Below are positions 20,142 through 27,876 of a stretch of DNA of 64,000 nucleotides, in pieces. The stretch lies in the sequence record ON529853.1. One strand, 5' to 3'. The translations under genes and the position numbers were made by a program. Every line of letters starts with the position of its first letter. Within the stretch, counting starts at the first letter, position 1. The notes below the pieces were generated by a model. It did not search any database. It saw only the letters and a list, made by a program, of their open reading frames with translations, and had not been told where the DNA came from.

Positions 20142-20191
20142 CAGGTCCTCCTCAAGGTCGTCGGCCGGCATAGAGCATAGCTGACGCCCTT

Positions 20192-20218
20192 TGTAAAGGA
20201 ACGATTAGAAGCCGAGCA
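20192..20218 (-). promoter_or_regulatory. Class A element lacking a good -35
   Basis: Minus strand ...AATCGTTCCTTTACA. The -35 position reads TGCTCG. Confidence 0.5.
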
Positions 20219-20771
20219 GCGACAGGAAGCCCGCCTTGAAGATTTCGGGGCGCAGCTTCGGGTCGAGCCAGTGCGTGACGACCGTCTCATGGGTGGACCA
20301 GGCCAGGGTCGGACCCTCGGTCTGGGTGCGGATCGCCCACTCGTACATCTCGTCGGTGTCCTGGAGTTGGTCGAATTCGTGCTGGGTCAAGGCGATCATA
20401 TTGACCACGAACAGCAGTTGATGATGGTGGGAGGTCGAGGGCACGTCGCCGATGATGCGGCAGGAGGCCGAGTGGACCAGACCGGTGACGCCGGCCTCTT
20501 CGCGGAACTCGCGCACGCCGGCCTGCACGGAGGTCTCCCCCTTCTCCAGGTGCCCGCCCGGCAGCACATAGGCGCCCTTGTCCGGCAGGATGCCCCGGCG
20601 GGCGACGGCGAGGCCAAGTCCGCTCGAAACCATCACGGGTTGTAGGAAGACCACGACCGGACGCGGATTTTGCCAGTCGGTGATGTCGCAGGCGTGGCAG
20701 TGGGGATGGGGCTGGGCGCGCTCAACCGCGAGGAAGGCGGCGCCGCAGGAGGAGCAGTGGGGAGGGTTCAT
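20205..20771 (-). CDS. NUDIX hydrolase with N-terminal zinc ribbon
   Basis: CSSC...CHAC zinc ribbon, NPRPVV, NUDIX box LPGGHLEKGETSVQAGVREFREEAG. Confidence 0.88.
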   Translation of the reverse strand: MNPPHCSSCGAAFLAVERAQPHPHCHACDITDWQNPRPVVVFLQPVMVSSGLGLAVARRGILPDKGAYVLPGGHLEKGETSVQAGVREFREEAGVTGLVHSASCRIIGDVPSTSHHHQLLFVVNMIALTQHEFDQLQDTDEMYEWAIRTQTEGPTLAWSTHETVVTHWLDPKLRPEIFKAGFLSLLGF

Positions 20772-20785
20772 GAGAAGCCTTGAGT

Positions 20786-21103
20786 CTAGGGGAGCAGCTT
20801 GTAGTCGGCGCCGTAGTTGGTGCTACGGTTGCGCGCCGCACAGACGGCGCCGCGCACGGGGACGCCGGCGCGCTTGGCGGTGAAGAAGAAGCCTTCGCGC
20901 TGGGGCGTCCAGACGCTCTGTGCAGGACGCGGCGCGCCCTCCAGCGCGCAATCGAAACTGCGGGGCTCCAGCTTCACGTCCGTGAGCCCCGCCAGGCGCA
21001 GCGTCGCCGCCGCACGGTTGCCGGCGAAGCCGCTTTCGGGCGGCAGGGTGCAGGAGGCCGCCAGCATCAACAGGGTGGCGGCAAGGGTCAGTCGGAACAT
21101 CAA
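20786..21103 (-). CDS. Putative lipoprotein
   Basis: MMFRLTLAATLLMLAASC signal peptide with a lipobox-like Cys. Confidence 0.55.
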   Translation of the reverse strand: MMFRLTLAATLLMLAASCTLPPESGFAGNRAAATLRLAGLTDVKLEPRSFDCALEGAPRPAQSVWTPQREGFFFTAKRAGVPVRGAVCAARNRSTNYGADYKLLP

Positions 21104-21837
21104 TCGTCCTTGTTGTTTTTCAGCGAGGCGATGACCCGATGGGTGATCTTGCGGCGTTCGCCGGCCGTCTCGCTCAGGGCTTCCAGTTCGGCGATCGTGC
21201 GCCGCTCCGGAGTGGAGAGCCAGTCGTTCAGGTCGACCGGGATCGGGCTCATGTTGACGAAGGTCGGCGAGGCGCGCAGGCCCTGGATCAGGCCGTGAAC
21301 CAGGGGGCGGTTGTGGCTGACCACCACCACGCCGTGACAGGCGTCGTTCATGCCCCCGTCGGCCTGCGACGTGCGGGCCTTGACGCCGATCAGTTCGCCC
21401 AGGGCGCGGGCGTAGCCGTCCGACAGGCCCATCTCGGGCTCGTCCAGCATCAGCACGCCGGCGGCGCCGTCGCGCCCGGCGTTGTTGAACCCGCTGCGCA
21501 CCACCCGCGCCGAGGTGGCGCCGGTGGACTGCTCTTCCTCGTCGCCATAGATGAAGGCGCGGCGCATGCGCGCCATCTCGAAGGTCCCTCCGCCGGTCCG
21601 CTCACGGATCGACAGGGTGACGGCCGTGATCTTTTCCTGCTGAAGCGTCCCAGCCAGGATGCGGAACACCAGGCTCTTGCCCGAGGCGTTCTCGCCGGTG
21701 ATCACCACCACGCGCGGATCGCCCTCATGGAACTGGCCCTTGAAGGGGCAGTCGGGGTGCTCGAAGAAGGGCGACTGCTCGAACAGGTCGCGCGTCATGC
21801 GCGGCAGGAGAAAACGATCGCTCACGTCAGCCCTCAA
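21100..21837 (-). CDS. Stand-alone ABC-type P-loop ATPase
   Basis: Walker A GENASGKS, signature-like STG, Walker B MLDEPEMGLS, H-loop VVSHN. Confidence 0.8.
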   Translation of the reverse strand: MRADVSDRFLLPRMTRDLFEQSPFFEHPDCPFKGQFHEGDPRVVVITGENASGKSLVFRILAGTLQQEKITAVTLSIRERTGGGTFEMARMRRAFIYGDEEEQSTGATSARVVRSGFNNAGRDGAAGVLMLDEPEMGLSDGYARALGELIGVKARTSQADGGMNDACHGVVVVSHNRPLVHGLIQGLRASPTFVNMSPIPVDLNDWLSTPERRTIAELEALSETAGERRKITHRVIASLKNNKDD

Positions 21838-22078
21838 ACTGCGCCGTGCCGAGGTCGATCACGCCCTTGTCGGGGAATTCGTCGCGGGCGTAGATCGGTA
21901 GAAAGACCGGCGCGCCCTCCATGACGAAGAGCACCGACCCCTTGGACCCGGCATGGGCGGAGAACACCGTGCGGGCGTGCGCCATCGCCAGGCCGGCGTC
22001 GGGCGCACGCACCCGATAGGCCTTGGGGTTGGCGGCCTCGTAGGATTCGGTCACGATAACCGTAAACAGCTTCAGCAT
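21827..22078 (-). CDS. Hypothetical protein
   Basis: Start MLKLFTV after AAGGAGGACCCC. Confidence 0.65.
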   Translation of the reverse strand: MLKLFTVIVTESYEAANPKAYRVRAPDAGLAMAHARTVFSAHAGSKGSVLFVMEGAPVFLPIYARDEFPDKGVIDLGTAQFEG

Positions 22079-22105
22079 GGGGTCCTCCTTGTCGTCAGGG
22101 GATGC

Positions 22106-22132
22106 TGTAAAGGAATGATCTGCGGATGTCAA
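22106..22132 (-). promoter_or_regulatory. Class A phage promoter
   Basis: Minus strand TTGACATCCGCAGATCATTCCTTTACA. Confidence 0.82.
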
Positions 22133-22497
22133 TCGGCATTCGCGATCTCGCACAGCCAGTCGCCGTGACAGCGTAGAGGGGCGCAGGCGCACATCAGGTG
22201 GCGGCCCTTGAGTTGGCGCCGCACGAGGGCGAGGAAGGATTCGTCCTGGCTCTTCTCGGCGATGAACTTGTCAATGACCGTGTCCCGATCCCCGTCCCGG
22301 CCGATCAGGTAGCCATTGCCGTAAGGCGTGCCGCGCATGATCGAGGTCGTCCCCGGCGGCCAGTTATGGCGGTCGAAATCACGCGCGTTCAGGACCTCGG
22401 GCGGGCGTGGGTGCTTCGCCTTCAGGTGGGTGCGCAGATGCGACTTGCCCAGGAACCACTCGTCGCAGTCCGGGCACTTGTAGGAGGCGCCGCCCAT
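22129..22497 (-). CDS. C2H2 zinc finger fused to a DUF4326-like domain
   Basis: YKCPDCDEWFLGKSHLRTHLKAKH, then IMRGTPYGN...L.GRHLMCACAPLRCHGDWL. Confidence 0.75.
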   Translation of the reverse strand: MGGASYKCPDCDEWFLGKSHLRTHLKAKHPRPPEVLNARDFDRHNWPPGTTSIMRGTPYGNGYLIGRDGDRDTVIDKFIAEKSQDESFLALVRRQLKGRHLMCACAPLRCHGDWLCEIANAD

Positions 22498-23446
22498 CAG
22501 CGCTCGGCTTTCGGGTGCGTGTTGGTCAAGGCCCAGCCCTGCTGGAAGGTGGTCAGCCCTTCCAGTTCGGCCTCGGTGAGCGCCTTGGCCCGGCCGCCGT
22601 TGCCCCAGCCGAACCAGGTCTGGAACGGCGCAGCCGGCAGGGCATGAGCCGCCGCCATGCGGGCGACGGCGGCGCATTGCTCTGCGTCCGCGCCCCAGGT
22701 GGCGAGGTCGATCACGCCGTCGTCACGCACGCCGAGCAGTATGACGCCTTGCAGCGCGCGCTGCTCCGGCGCCAGGGCGCCGTGCCAGCCGCGCATGTAG
22801 TTCGCCAGGATGCTGGCGTCTTCCGCGTCTTCCGCGCGCGCTCGCCATCCGGTGAAGCCCTCCAGCAGCAGCAGCAGGCCGACCGCTTTCAGGGCATGGC
22901 GCGCGATCAGCGCGTCCATCCGCTCATGGTGCTGCTCGCGCACCTCCGCCGTGAAGAGGTCGCGCGCGTCGGCCGCTTTGAGCCGGCTGTCGGGGTCGTC
23001 CTTGATCGCCATCAGGTCTTGTCCAGGTTGTAACGCTCGCGATCTCCGGGCGTCAGAATGCGTTCCAGGTCCTGGAGCGGCTTGACCAGGGACTGGGGGC
23101 CGCCCTTGACGGCGTCTTCGAACCGCACCGTCGCTTCCAGGGTGTCCTTGTCGATGTAGGCGATTCGGCCCTTGCAGTCGGGGATGTTGCGATGATGGAA
23201 CTGCACGCGGTCGCCCACGCGCAGCGAACGCCACTTGACGGCAAGGACCAGATTGGTGCCGATCCGGAGCGGTTCCGGCGGCTTCTCGCTCTTCTCGCTA
23301 AACGAGCGGGTATCGAAGAAGGGGCCAAGCACCTGCAACGTCACGCCGTTGGCGTCGAAGTGATTGTTGCTGCGCACGATCCTCATAGGCACGAGGACGA
23401 CATCGTCTTCTCGCAGGTTGTGGGCGTCTTCCTTAGACAGGGACAT
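22497..23446 (-). CDS. Two hypothetical proteins (22497..23012, 23012..23446)
   Basis: TGATG-coupled ORFs. The second has KOW/SH3-like VGDRV segments. Confidence 0.65.
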
Positions 23447-23822
23447 CGGCGCTTCTTTCAGCGATCAGGCGGTAGAGCGACTGCGGGCTGGCGCGCTGGA
23501 GGCGGCGGCGGACGGCCCGGTCGGGGTGGGTGCAGGGCGGCCAGACGACCAGGAGGTCGCGGCGCAGGGCGAGATAGTCGGCGGTGGGCAGGCCGTTGGG
23601 GCGGCTGACGTTGCACGCGACGCACGCGCCTCGGGTGTTGTCCTCAGCGTAGGTGCCGCCGTCCGACTTCTGCGTCAGGTGCTCCAGCGTGATCATGTCG
23701 GGCGGCTGATAGCCGCCCTCCATGGCGATCAAGCGCATTGGCCCGACACAGTAGTGGCACAGACCGTCCTGGGCGTCGAACATGGCGCGCCGACGCTTTT
23801 GCCGGGCGGACGTCCGGCTCAC
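23433..23822 (-). CDS. HNH endonuclease
   Basis: QDGLCHYC...TLEHL..KSDGG....N..GACVACN. Confidence 0.85.
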   Translation of the reverse strand: MSRTSARQKRRRAMFDAQDGLCHYCVGPMRLIAMEGGYQPPDMITLEHLTQKSDGGTYAEDNTRGACVACNVSRPNGLPTADYLALRRDLLVVWPPCTHPDRAVRRRLQRASPQSLYRLIAERSADVPV

Positions 23823-23825
23823 AGG

Positions 23826-24578
23826 CTAGGCTTCCTGGTTGCTCAGGGCGACGACCCGATCCAGCCCGATGGCGACCTCGAACACCGTCAGGCTGTTCTT
23901 GGGGGTCGTGCCCAGGTAGGGGTCGAATGTCGGGAAGTCGGTGCGGCGCGAGGTCGACGCGATTTCCTTGAACTCGGTGTGCGTCGGGACGGGGGACCAG
24001 AGGCCTTCGATGTCGATGGTCTCGGTGGCGTAGGTCGGCAGTCGGTCCGACGGGACCTGACGGGTCGGCTGACCGATGATCTGGGCCAGTTCGATCTCCA
24101 GAGCGTCCCGCAGCGCCGTGGCGTAGTCGGCGTGGCTGTCGGCGCGGTAGATGCACTGGAATTCCAGTTGGTAGAAGGCGTTGAACCGCAGTTTGGCGGC
24201 CGTGGCGCCGTCGGCGGCCTCGGTGCGGAACGACAGGCCGGCCTGCCATACGCATAGCGGCGGCTTGGCGCTGGTCGCCTGGAGCAGGTGCTGGGCGTAG
24301 AGATAGGAGCCCGGCGTGGTCTCGGCGCGCAGCGCCCAGGTCTCGGCGTTCATCTCGCGCCGCAACGAAAAGACGTCGTCGGCCTCGTAGGCGTCCGAGA
24401 AGCCGGCAAGCGGCATGATGACCGGCGCCTCGACCCGTTCCAGGCGCCAGGACTGGTTGAGGTCCAGAAGAGTGCGCTCGACGCACCCCTTCAGTCGACC
24501 GACCGCCTGCTCGCGCTGCTGAATTTCCTTTTCGCTCCAGAATCGCAGACCTGCGATCGGATATAGCGCGCGACTCAT
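23826..24578 (-). CDS. Stand-alone class II aminoacyl-tRNA synthetase catalytic domain (Gly/Pro/Thr-like core, no anticodon-binding domain)
   Basis: Motif 1-like VEAPVIMP, LRAETT, motif 2 GLSFRTE...RFNAFYQLEFQ, motif 3 FEVAIGLDR. The protein ends immediately after motif 3 (250 aa). Confidence 0.8.
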   Translation of the reverse strand: MSRALYPIAGLRFWSEKEIQQREQAVGRLKGCVERTLLDLNQSWRLERVEAPVIMPLAGFSDAYEADDVFSLRREMNAETWALRAETTPGSYLYAQHLLQATSAKPPLCVWQAGLSFRTEAADGATAAKLRFNAFYQLEFQCIYRADSHADYATALRDALEIELAQIIGQPTRQVPSDRLPTYATETIDIEGLWSPVPTHTEFKEIASTSRRTDFPTFDPYLGTTPKNSLTVFEVAIGLDRVVALSNQEA

Positions 24579-24608
24579 GGCGGCTCCTATGATTGACGGT
24601 GACGGTGA

Positions 24609-24637
24609 CAGTAGCCGTCAGGATAGTTGACTGTCAA
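24609..24637 (-). promoter_or_regulatory. Class B promoter TTGACA-N17-CTACTG with ATCCTGACGG in the spacer
   Basis: Minus strand TTGACAGTCAACTATCCTGACGGCTACTG. Flanked by TGACGG/TGACAG repeats. Confidence 0.7.
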
Positions 24638-24646
24638 GGCGTTCCG

Positions 24647-25192
24647 CTAGGACCAGCGGGTGATCCGCACGAGTTCTCGCGCCTGGACCGGGTCTCGCCC
24701 CGCCTTGATCCAGTCCTTCAGGATGAAGTCGCCGCGCAGCATCGGCCACTCCCGCGAGAGCGCCGCCACGGCGCCGTCGTCGAAGGCCGCCTGATCCATG
24801 GGGACATAGCTGACCGGCAGATGGAGGGAGCGGGCCAGGTCGATTTCACCGCGCACGCCCTCTGATGTCGCCGCGCCCGGCATGTCGATGACGACGATGG
24901 CGTCGCAGCGCGCCAGCAGCCGGCGGGAATAGTGCTGCCAGAACTCCCAGTTGCCGGGGATTTTGTGCTTGCCCAGGATGGCGTGGTTCATGAGCGGCGA
25001 GACTGGGAAGGTGTCGCCGGCCGTCAGCATGTCGGCGACGGTCTTGTCGAAGGCGCTCATGCGTGCGGCGACGATCAGCGGGTCGGGGTCGCTGTAGGGC
25101 GCCGCGACATAGACCAGGGAGGCGCTGGGCGACGGCCGGGCGAAGAAAGGATCGGCGATCTCTTCGGACGTGGGGTGTTGAATGTCGGTCAT
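24647..25192 (-). CDS. Nucleoside 2-deoxyribosyltransferase-like (DUF1937-type) protein
   Basis: VYVAAPYS...LLARCDAIVVI..PG...SEGVRGEI..A pattern. Confidence 0.7.
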   Translation of the reverse strand: MTDIQHPTSEEIADPFFARPSPSASLVYVAAPYSDPDPLIVAARMSAFDKTVADMLTAGDTFPVSPLMNHAILGKHKIPGNWEFWQHYSRRLLARCDAIVVIDMPGAATSEGVRGEIDLARSLHLPVSYVPMDQAAFDDGAVAALSREWPMLRGDFILKDWIKAGRDPVQARELVRITRWS

Positions 25193-25743
25193 GCGTCTTC
25201 CTCGTTTTCGGGCCACACGATCTCGTCGCGCATGACCTGGTCGAACTCGTCCCAGGCGGCGGCGGGCGTGGCGTGCAGGGTGGGCGAGCAGTCCCCGCCG
25301 GCGTGGACGCGGTAGCCGCCGTCTTCCGCCAGCACGGCCCAGGACCGCATGTTCATCGCCGGCATCGGCCGGGAGCGGTCGACCAGGCCCGAGTGCACGA
25401 CGCCGTCGGGGTTGAGGACCGGATCGTAGTAGTCCCCGGCGATGATCGCACGGATACGATCTTCAGGTTTCAGCGGCTCGCCCCGATCCAGCCGACGCAA
25501 GACCGCCGTATCGTACTGCGGTTGCGAGAGCGGCGGCAGGGGAACTTCCGAGATGGCGCCGATCCGCTCTACCCGCGCCTTACCGACCGGCCGATCCAGG
25601 AGCGTCGACGCGCAAAAGTCGTCCGCCAGCACCTCGGCGCGATAGGCGGCGGCGTCGGCGCAGTCGATCTCCACGATGTATTCGGTGGTGACGCGGACCC
25701 TGGCCTTGAAAGACCGAGGTCTGTCGAGAATGTCGTCATACAT
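25189..25743 (-). CDS. Hypothetical protein with hairpin-occluded RBS
   Basis: ORF track. See the hairpin feature at 25745..25776. Confidence 0.7.
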   Translation of the reverse strand: MYDDILDRPRSFKARVRVTTEYIVEIDCADAAAYRAEVLADDFCASTLLDRPVGKARVERIGAISEVPLPPLSQPQYDTAVLRRLDRGEPLKPEDRIRAIIAGDYYDPVLNPDGVVHSGLVDRSRPMPAMNMRSWAVLAEDGGYRVHAGGDCSPTLHATPAAAWDEFDQVMRDEIVWPENEEDA

Positions 25744-25744
25744 G

Positions 25745-25776
25745 AAAAAGGCCGCCTCCCTTGCAGGAGGCGACCT
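25745..25776 (-). terminator. Terminator-like hairpin plus U5 whose 3' arm is the RBS of 25189..25743
   Basis: AGGUCGCCUCC/GGAGGCGGCCU 11-bp stem followed by UUUUCAUG. Confidence 0.65.
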
Positions 25777-25803
25777 CTATCAAGTAGCATTGACGTCTGT
25801 CAA
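25774..25803 (-). promoter_or_regulatory. Promoter TTGACA-N18-TAGAGG
   Basis: Same TTGACAGAC and TAGAGG boxes as the 37356-37384 promoter. The predicted start site falls inside the hairpin. Confidence 0.55.
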
Positions 25804-25822
25804 CGCTCTAACGCTACAACCC

Positions 25823-26062
25823 TCAGGCTTGAGACGCTGCGGCCGTTTCTGCGCCCTGCTGGATGGCGCCGAAGGTGACGCGGTCACCGTCCTGAACCAT
25901 GGCGATGCCCTCGACGTCGAGGGCCTGTTCTTGCTGCTCAGCGGTCGGTTCCGACTGCCCGAACTGCCCCAGCGCCAGCTTCGTGTCGTCCGGGAGGGCC
26001 TGGAGGCCCTGCTTGAGATCGCCCACCGTCTTGAAAGTCGTCATGCCTTGGTCTTGCGCCAT
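25823..26062 (-). CDS. Hypothetical protein
   Basis: ORF track. Confidence 0.55.
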   Translation of the reverse strand: MAQDQGMTTFKTVGDLKQGLQALPDDTKLALGQFGQSEPTAEQQEQALDVEGIAMVQDGDRVTFGAIQQGAETAAASQA

Positions 26063-26085
26063 GGTGTGGTCCTTACGTCTAGGGG

Positions 26086-27330
26086 TTAGGCCGAGACCTG
26101 CTCCTCGGAGAGGCTCAGCAACCTGTTTTGGACCTCGGCGGGCGAAAGAGGCAACTCGCTTTCGATGCTGCTCACGAAGGTGTGAGCGCAGGCTTCGGGG
26201 TAGAAGGTCTCATACATCGTCGTCACTTCCTCGACGCCGATGTGCCCCAACACGTAGCGACGGTCGATGCGGCCGGGCCGCATCAGGGCGGCGTCCAGGG
26301 TGTCGGCGTGGTTGGAGGTGATGAAGAGGATGCGGCCGTCGCGCGCACCGATGCCGTCGATGGCGTTCAGGATTCCCGACAGCGTGATTCCGCTCTTGGC
26401 CGCCTCGCCGCCGCTGTTCACCTGGATCGCCGCGTCATCACCGGCCGACTGGCTGGCGGACCGCTCCCCAGCGGCCTTGACGGCGTCGAAGTCCTCGACG
26501 ACCACGAAGTTCGATCCCGCCTGGTTGATCGCACGCTGTAGCTGGTTGTCGTTGTCCAAAGTCGCCGGGTTGATGATGAAAACGGGTTTGGAGAAATAGG
26601 AGGCCAGGGCGAAGATAAAGGTGGTCTTGCCGGTGCCGGGCGGACCCTCGAACGAAAATCCTCGGCGATAGGGAATGCCGCGCACGGCGTACCACATGCG
26701 CCGCGCCAGGAACCGCGTGATGTCGGCGATAACGGCGGCCTTGATTCCGGCGTCCAGATAGACGGTGTCCATCGACCGCTTGGGTCGGCGCTCAATCAGG
26801 CTGTAGTCGTGACCGGCCCACAGGTAGACCGGGATCGTGTTCTTGTCCTCTTCGACGGACTTGATGGATTCGAGCAGCAGGCGCAGCACGTCGTGATTGC
26901 GACCGGGCGTGGTGATGGTGATCGACTGCTTGCGGCGCTTGGCGGCGGAGTAGGCGTCGGCCTCGTCGCCCTTGTCTTCGATGTGGCGGTGCACGAACCA
27001 GAACCGCATGCCGTTGCGCAGCAGGTGGAACCCGGCGCCCGGCGACAGGTTGAAGTCTTCCTTGTCGTTCGCCCGGTCATACCAGGCCGCCACGCCGAAC
27101 CGGCGCGAATGTTTGGCGTCGGGGTGCTTGGACAGCCACAGGTCGACGAAACGGAAGACGGTGTCTTCGGAGTAGACCGTCAGCGTGGTGGTGAACTGGG
27201 CCTTGATGAAACCCAGAAGCTTCAGCGGCACCGACTTGGCCTGCATGAGGACCCAGCCGGTGATCGCCAGGGTCAATCCGCCGCCCACCAGCGGATTGCT
27301 GCTCAAAAACGTCGTGACAGACTCGAACAT
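26086..27330 (-). CDS. BCS1-like membrane-anchored AAA+ ATPase
   Basis: N-terminal TM and BCS1_N-like region, GIPYRRG..FEGPPGTGKT, Walker B VVEDFD, ITLSGILNAIDG, LDAALMRPGRID. Confidence 0.85.
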   Translation of the reverse strand: MFESVTTFLSSNPLVGGGLTLAITGWVLMQAKSVPLKLLGFIKAQFTTTLTVYSEDTVFRFVDLWLSKHPDAKHSRRFGVAAWYDRANDKEDFNLSPGAGFHLLRNGMRFWFVHRHIEDKGDEADAYSAAKRRKQSITITTPGRNHDVLRLLLESIKSVEEDKNTIPVYLWAGHDYSLIERRPKRSMDTVYLDAGIKAAVIADITRFLARRMWYAVRGIPYRRGFSFEGPPGTGKTTFIFALASYFSKPVFIINPATLDNDNQLQRAINQAGSNFVVVEDFDAVKAAGERSASQSAGDDAAIQVNSGGEAAKSGITLSGILNAIDGIGARDGRILFITSNHADTLDAALMRPGRIDRRYVLGHIGVEEVTTMYETFYPEACAHTFVSSIESELPLSPAEVQNRLLSLSEEQVSA

Positions 27331-27376
27331 GGGCACTCGGGAAAGATGGAGGATCGACCGCGAGTGTTAATGTGGC

Positions 27377-27391
27377 TGACACAGAGTGTCA
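27377..27391. promoter_or_regulatory. Palindrome TGACAC-N3-GTGTCA upstream of the BCS1-like gene
   Basis: Perfect inverted repeat in an AT-richer intergenic gap. Confidence 0.5.
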
Positions 27392-27395
27392 AGTT

Positions 27396-27875
27396 TTACG
27401 GCACTTCGTCCGCCTTGTTGATGCCCCAGCGCTCAATGCGCGAGTTCAGGCCTGACACGGTCAGGCCCAGGCTTTTCGCCGCCTCCTTCTTGTTCGGCGC
27501 GGCGTCCAGGGCCGCCACCGTCGCCGCATAGAGGCGTTCGTCGCGGTCGCTCCGGGTCAGGGTGTCGGCGATCCCGTAGCGGCGCAGCCGCGAGTTCAGG
27601 CCGGACACGGTCAGCTTCAGCGCGCGCGCCGCCTCGACGCGGGTCTTGGCACTCGCCATCGCCGCCTCGGTCTTCGCGATCATGGCCTGCTGATCTGGCG
27701 TGGGCTCGAAGGTCTGGGGCGGACCGGCATGCGACAGGTCCGGCGCCCGTTCGGCGATGATCTGACTGACCCGCATGCGCGAGATGCCGAAATGGCGCGC
27801 AGCGTCCGCCGGGATGAACCCCTGGCGGACATAGGCGACGACGGCGTCGCTGTCGACGGTGGAAGGACGGGCCAT
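27396..27875 (-). CDS. Triple-HTH DNA-binding protein (two Fis/HTH_8-like repeats)
   Basis: PADAARHFGISRMRVSQI, then two copies EAARALKLTVSGLNSRL / EAAKSLGLTVSGLNSRI that are also duplicated at DNA level. True start MARPST. Confidence 0.75.
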   Translation of the reverse strand: MARPSTVDSDAVVAYVRQGFIPADAARHFGISRMRVSQIIAERAPDLSHAGPPQTFEPTPDQQAMIAKTEAAMASAKTRVEAARALKLTVSGLNSRLRRYGIADTLTRSDRDERLYAATVAALDAAPNKKEAAKSLGLTVSGLNSRIERWGINKADEVP

Positions 27876-27876
27876 A

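Noticed and set aside
23433-23822. HNH gene as an intron- or intein-associated homing element
   Set aside because: It is free-standing between intact ORFs and does not interrupt a conserved gene. Such genes are ordinary in phages.
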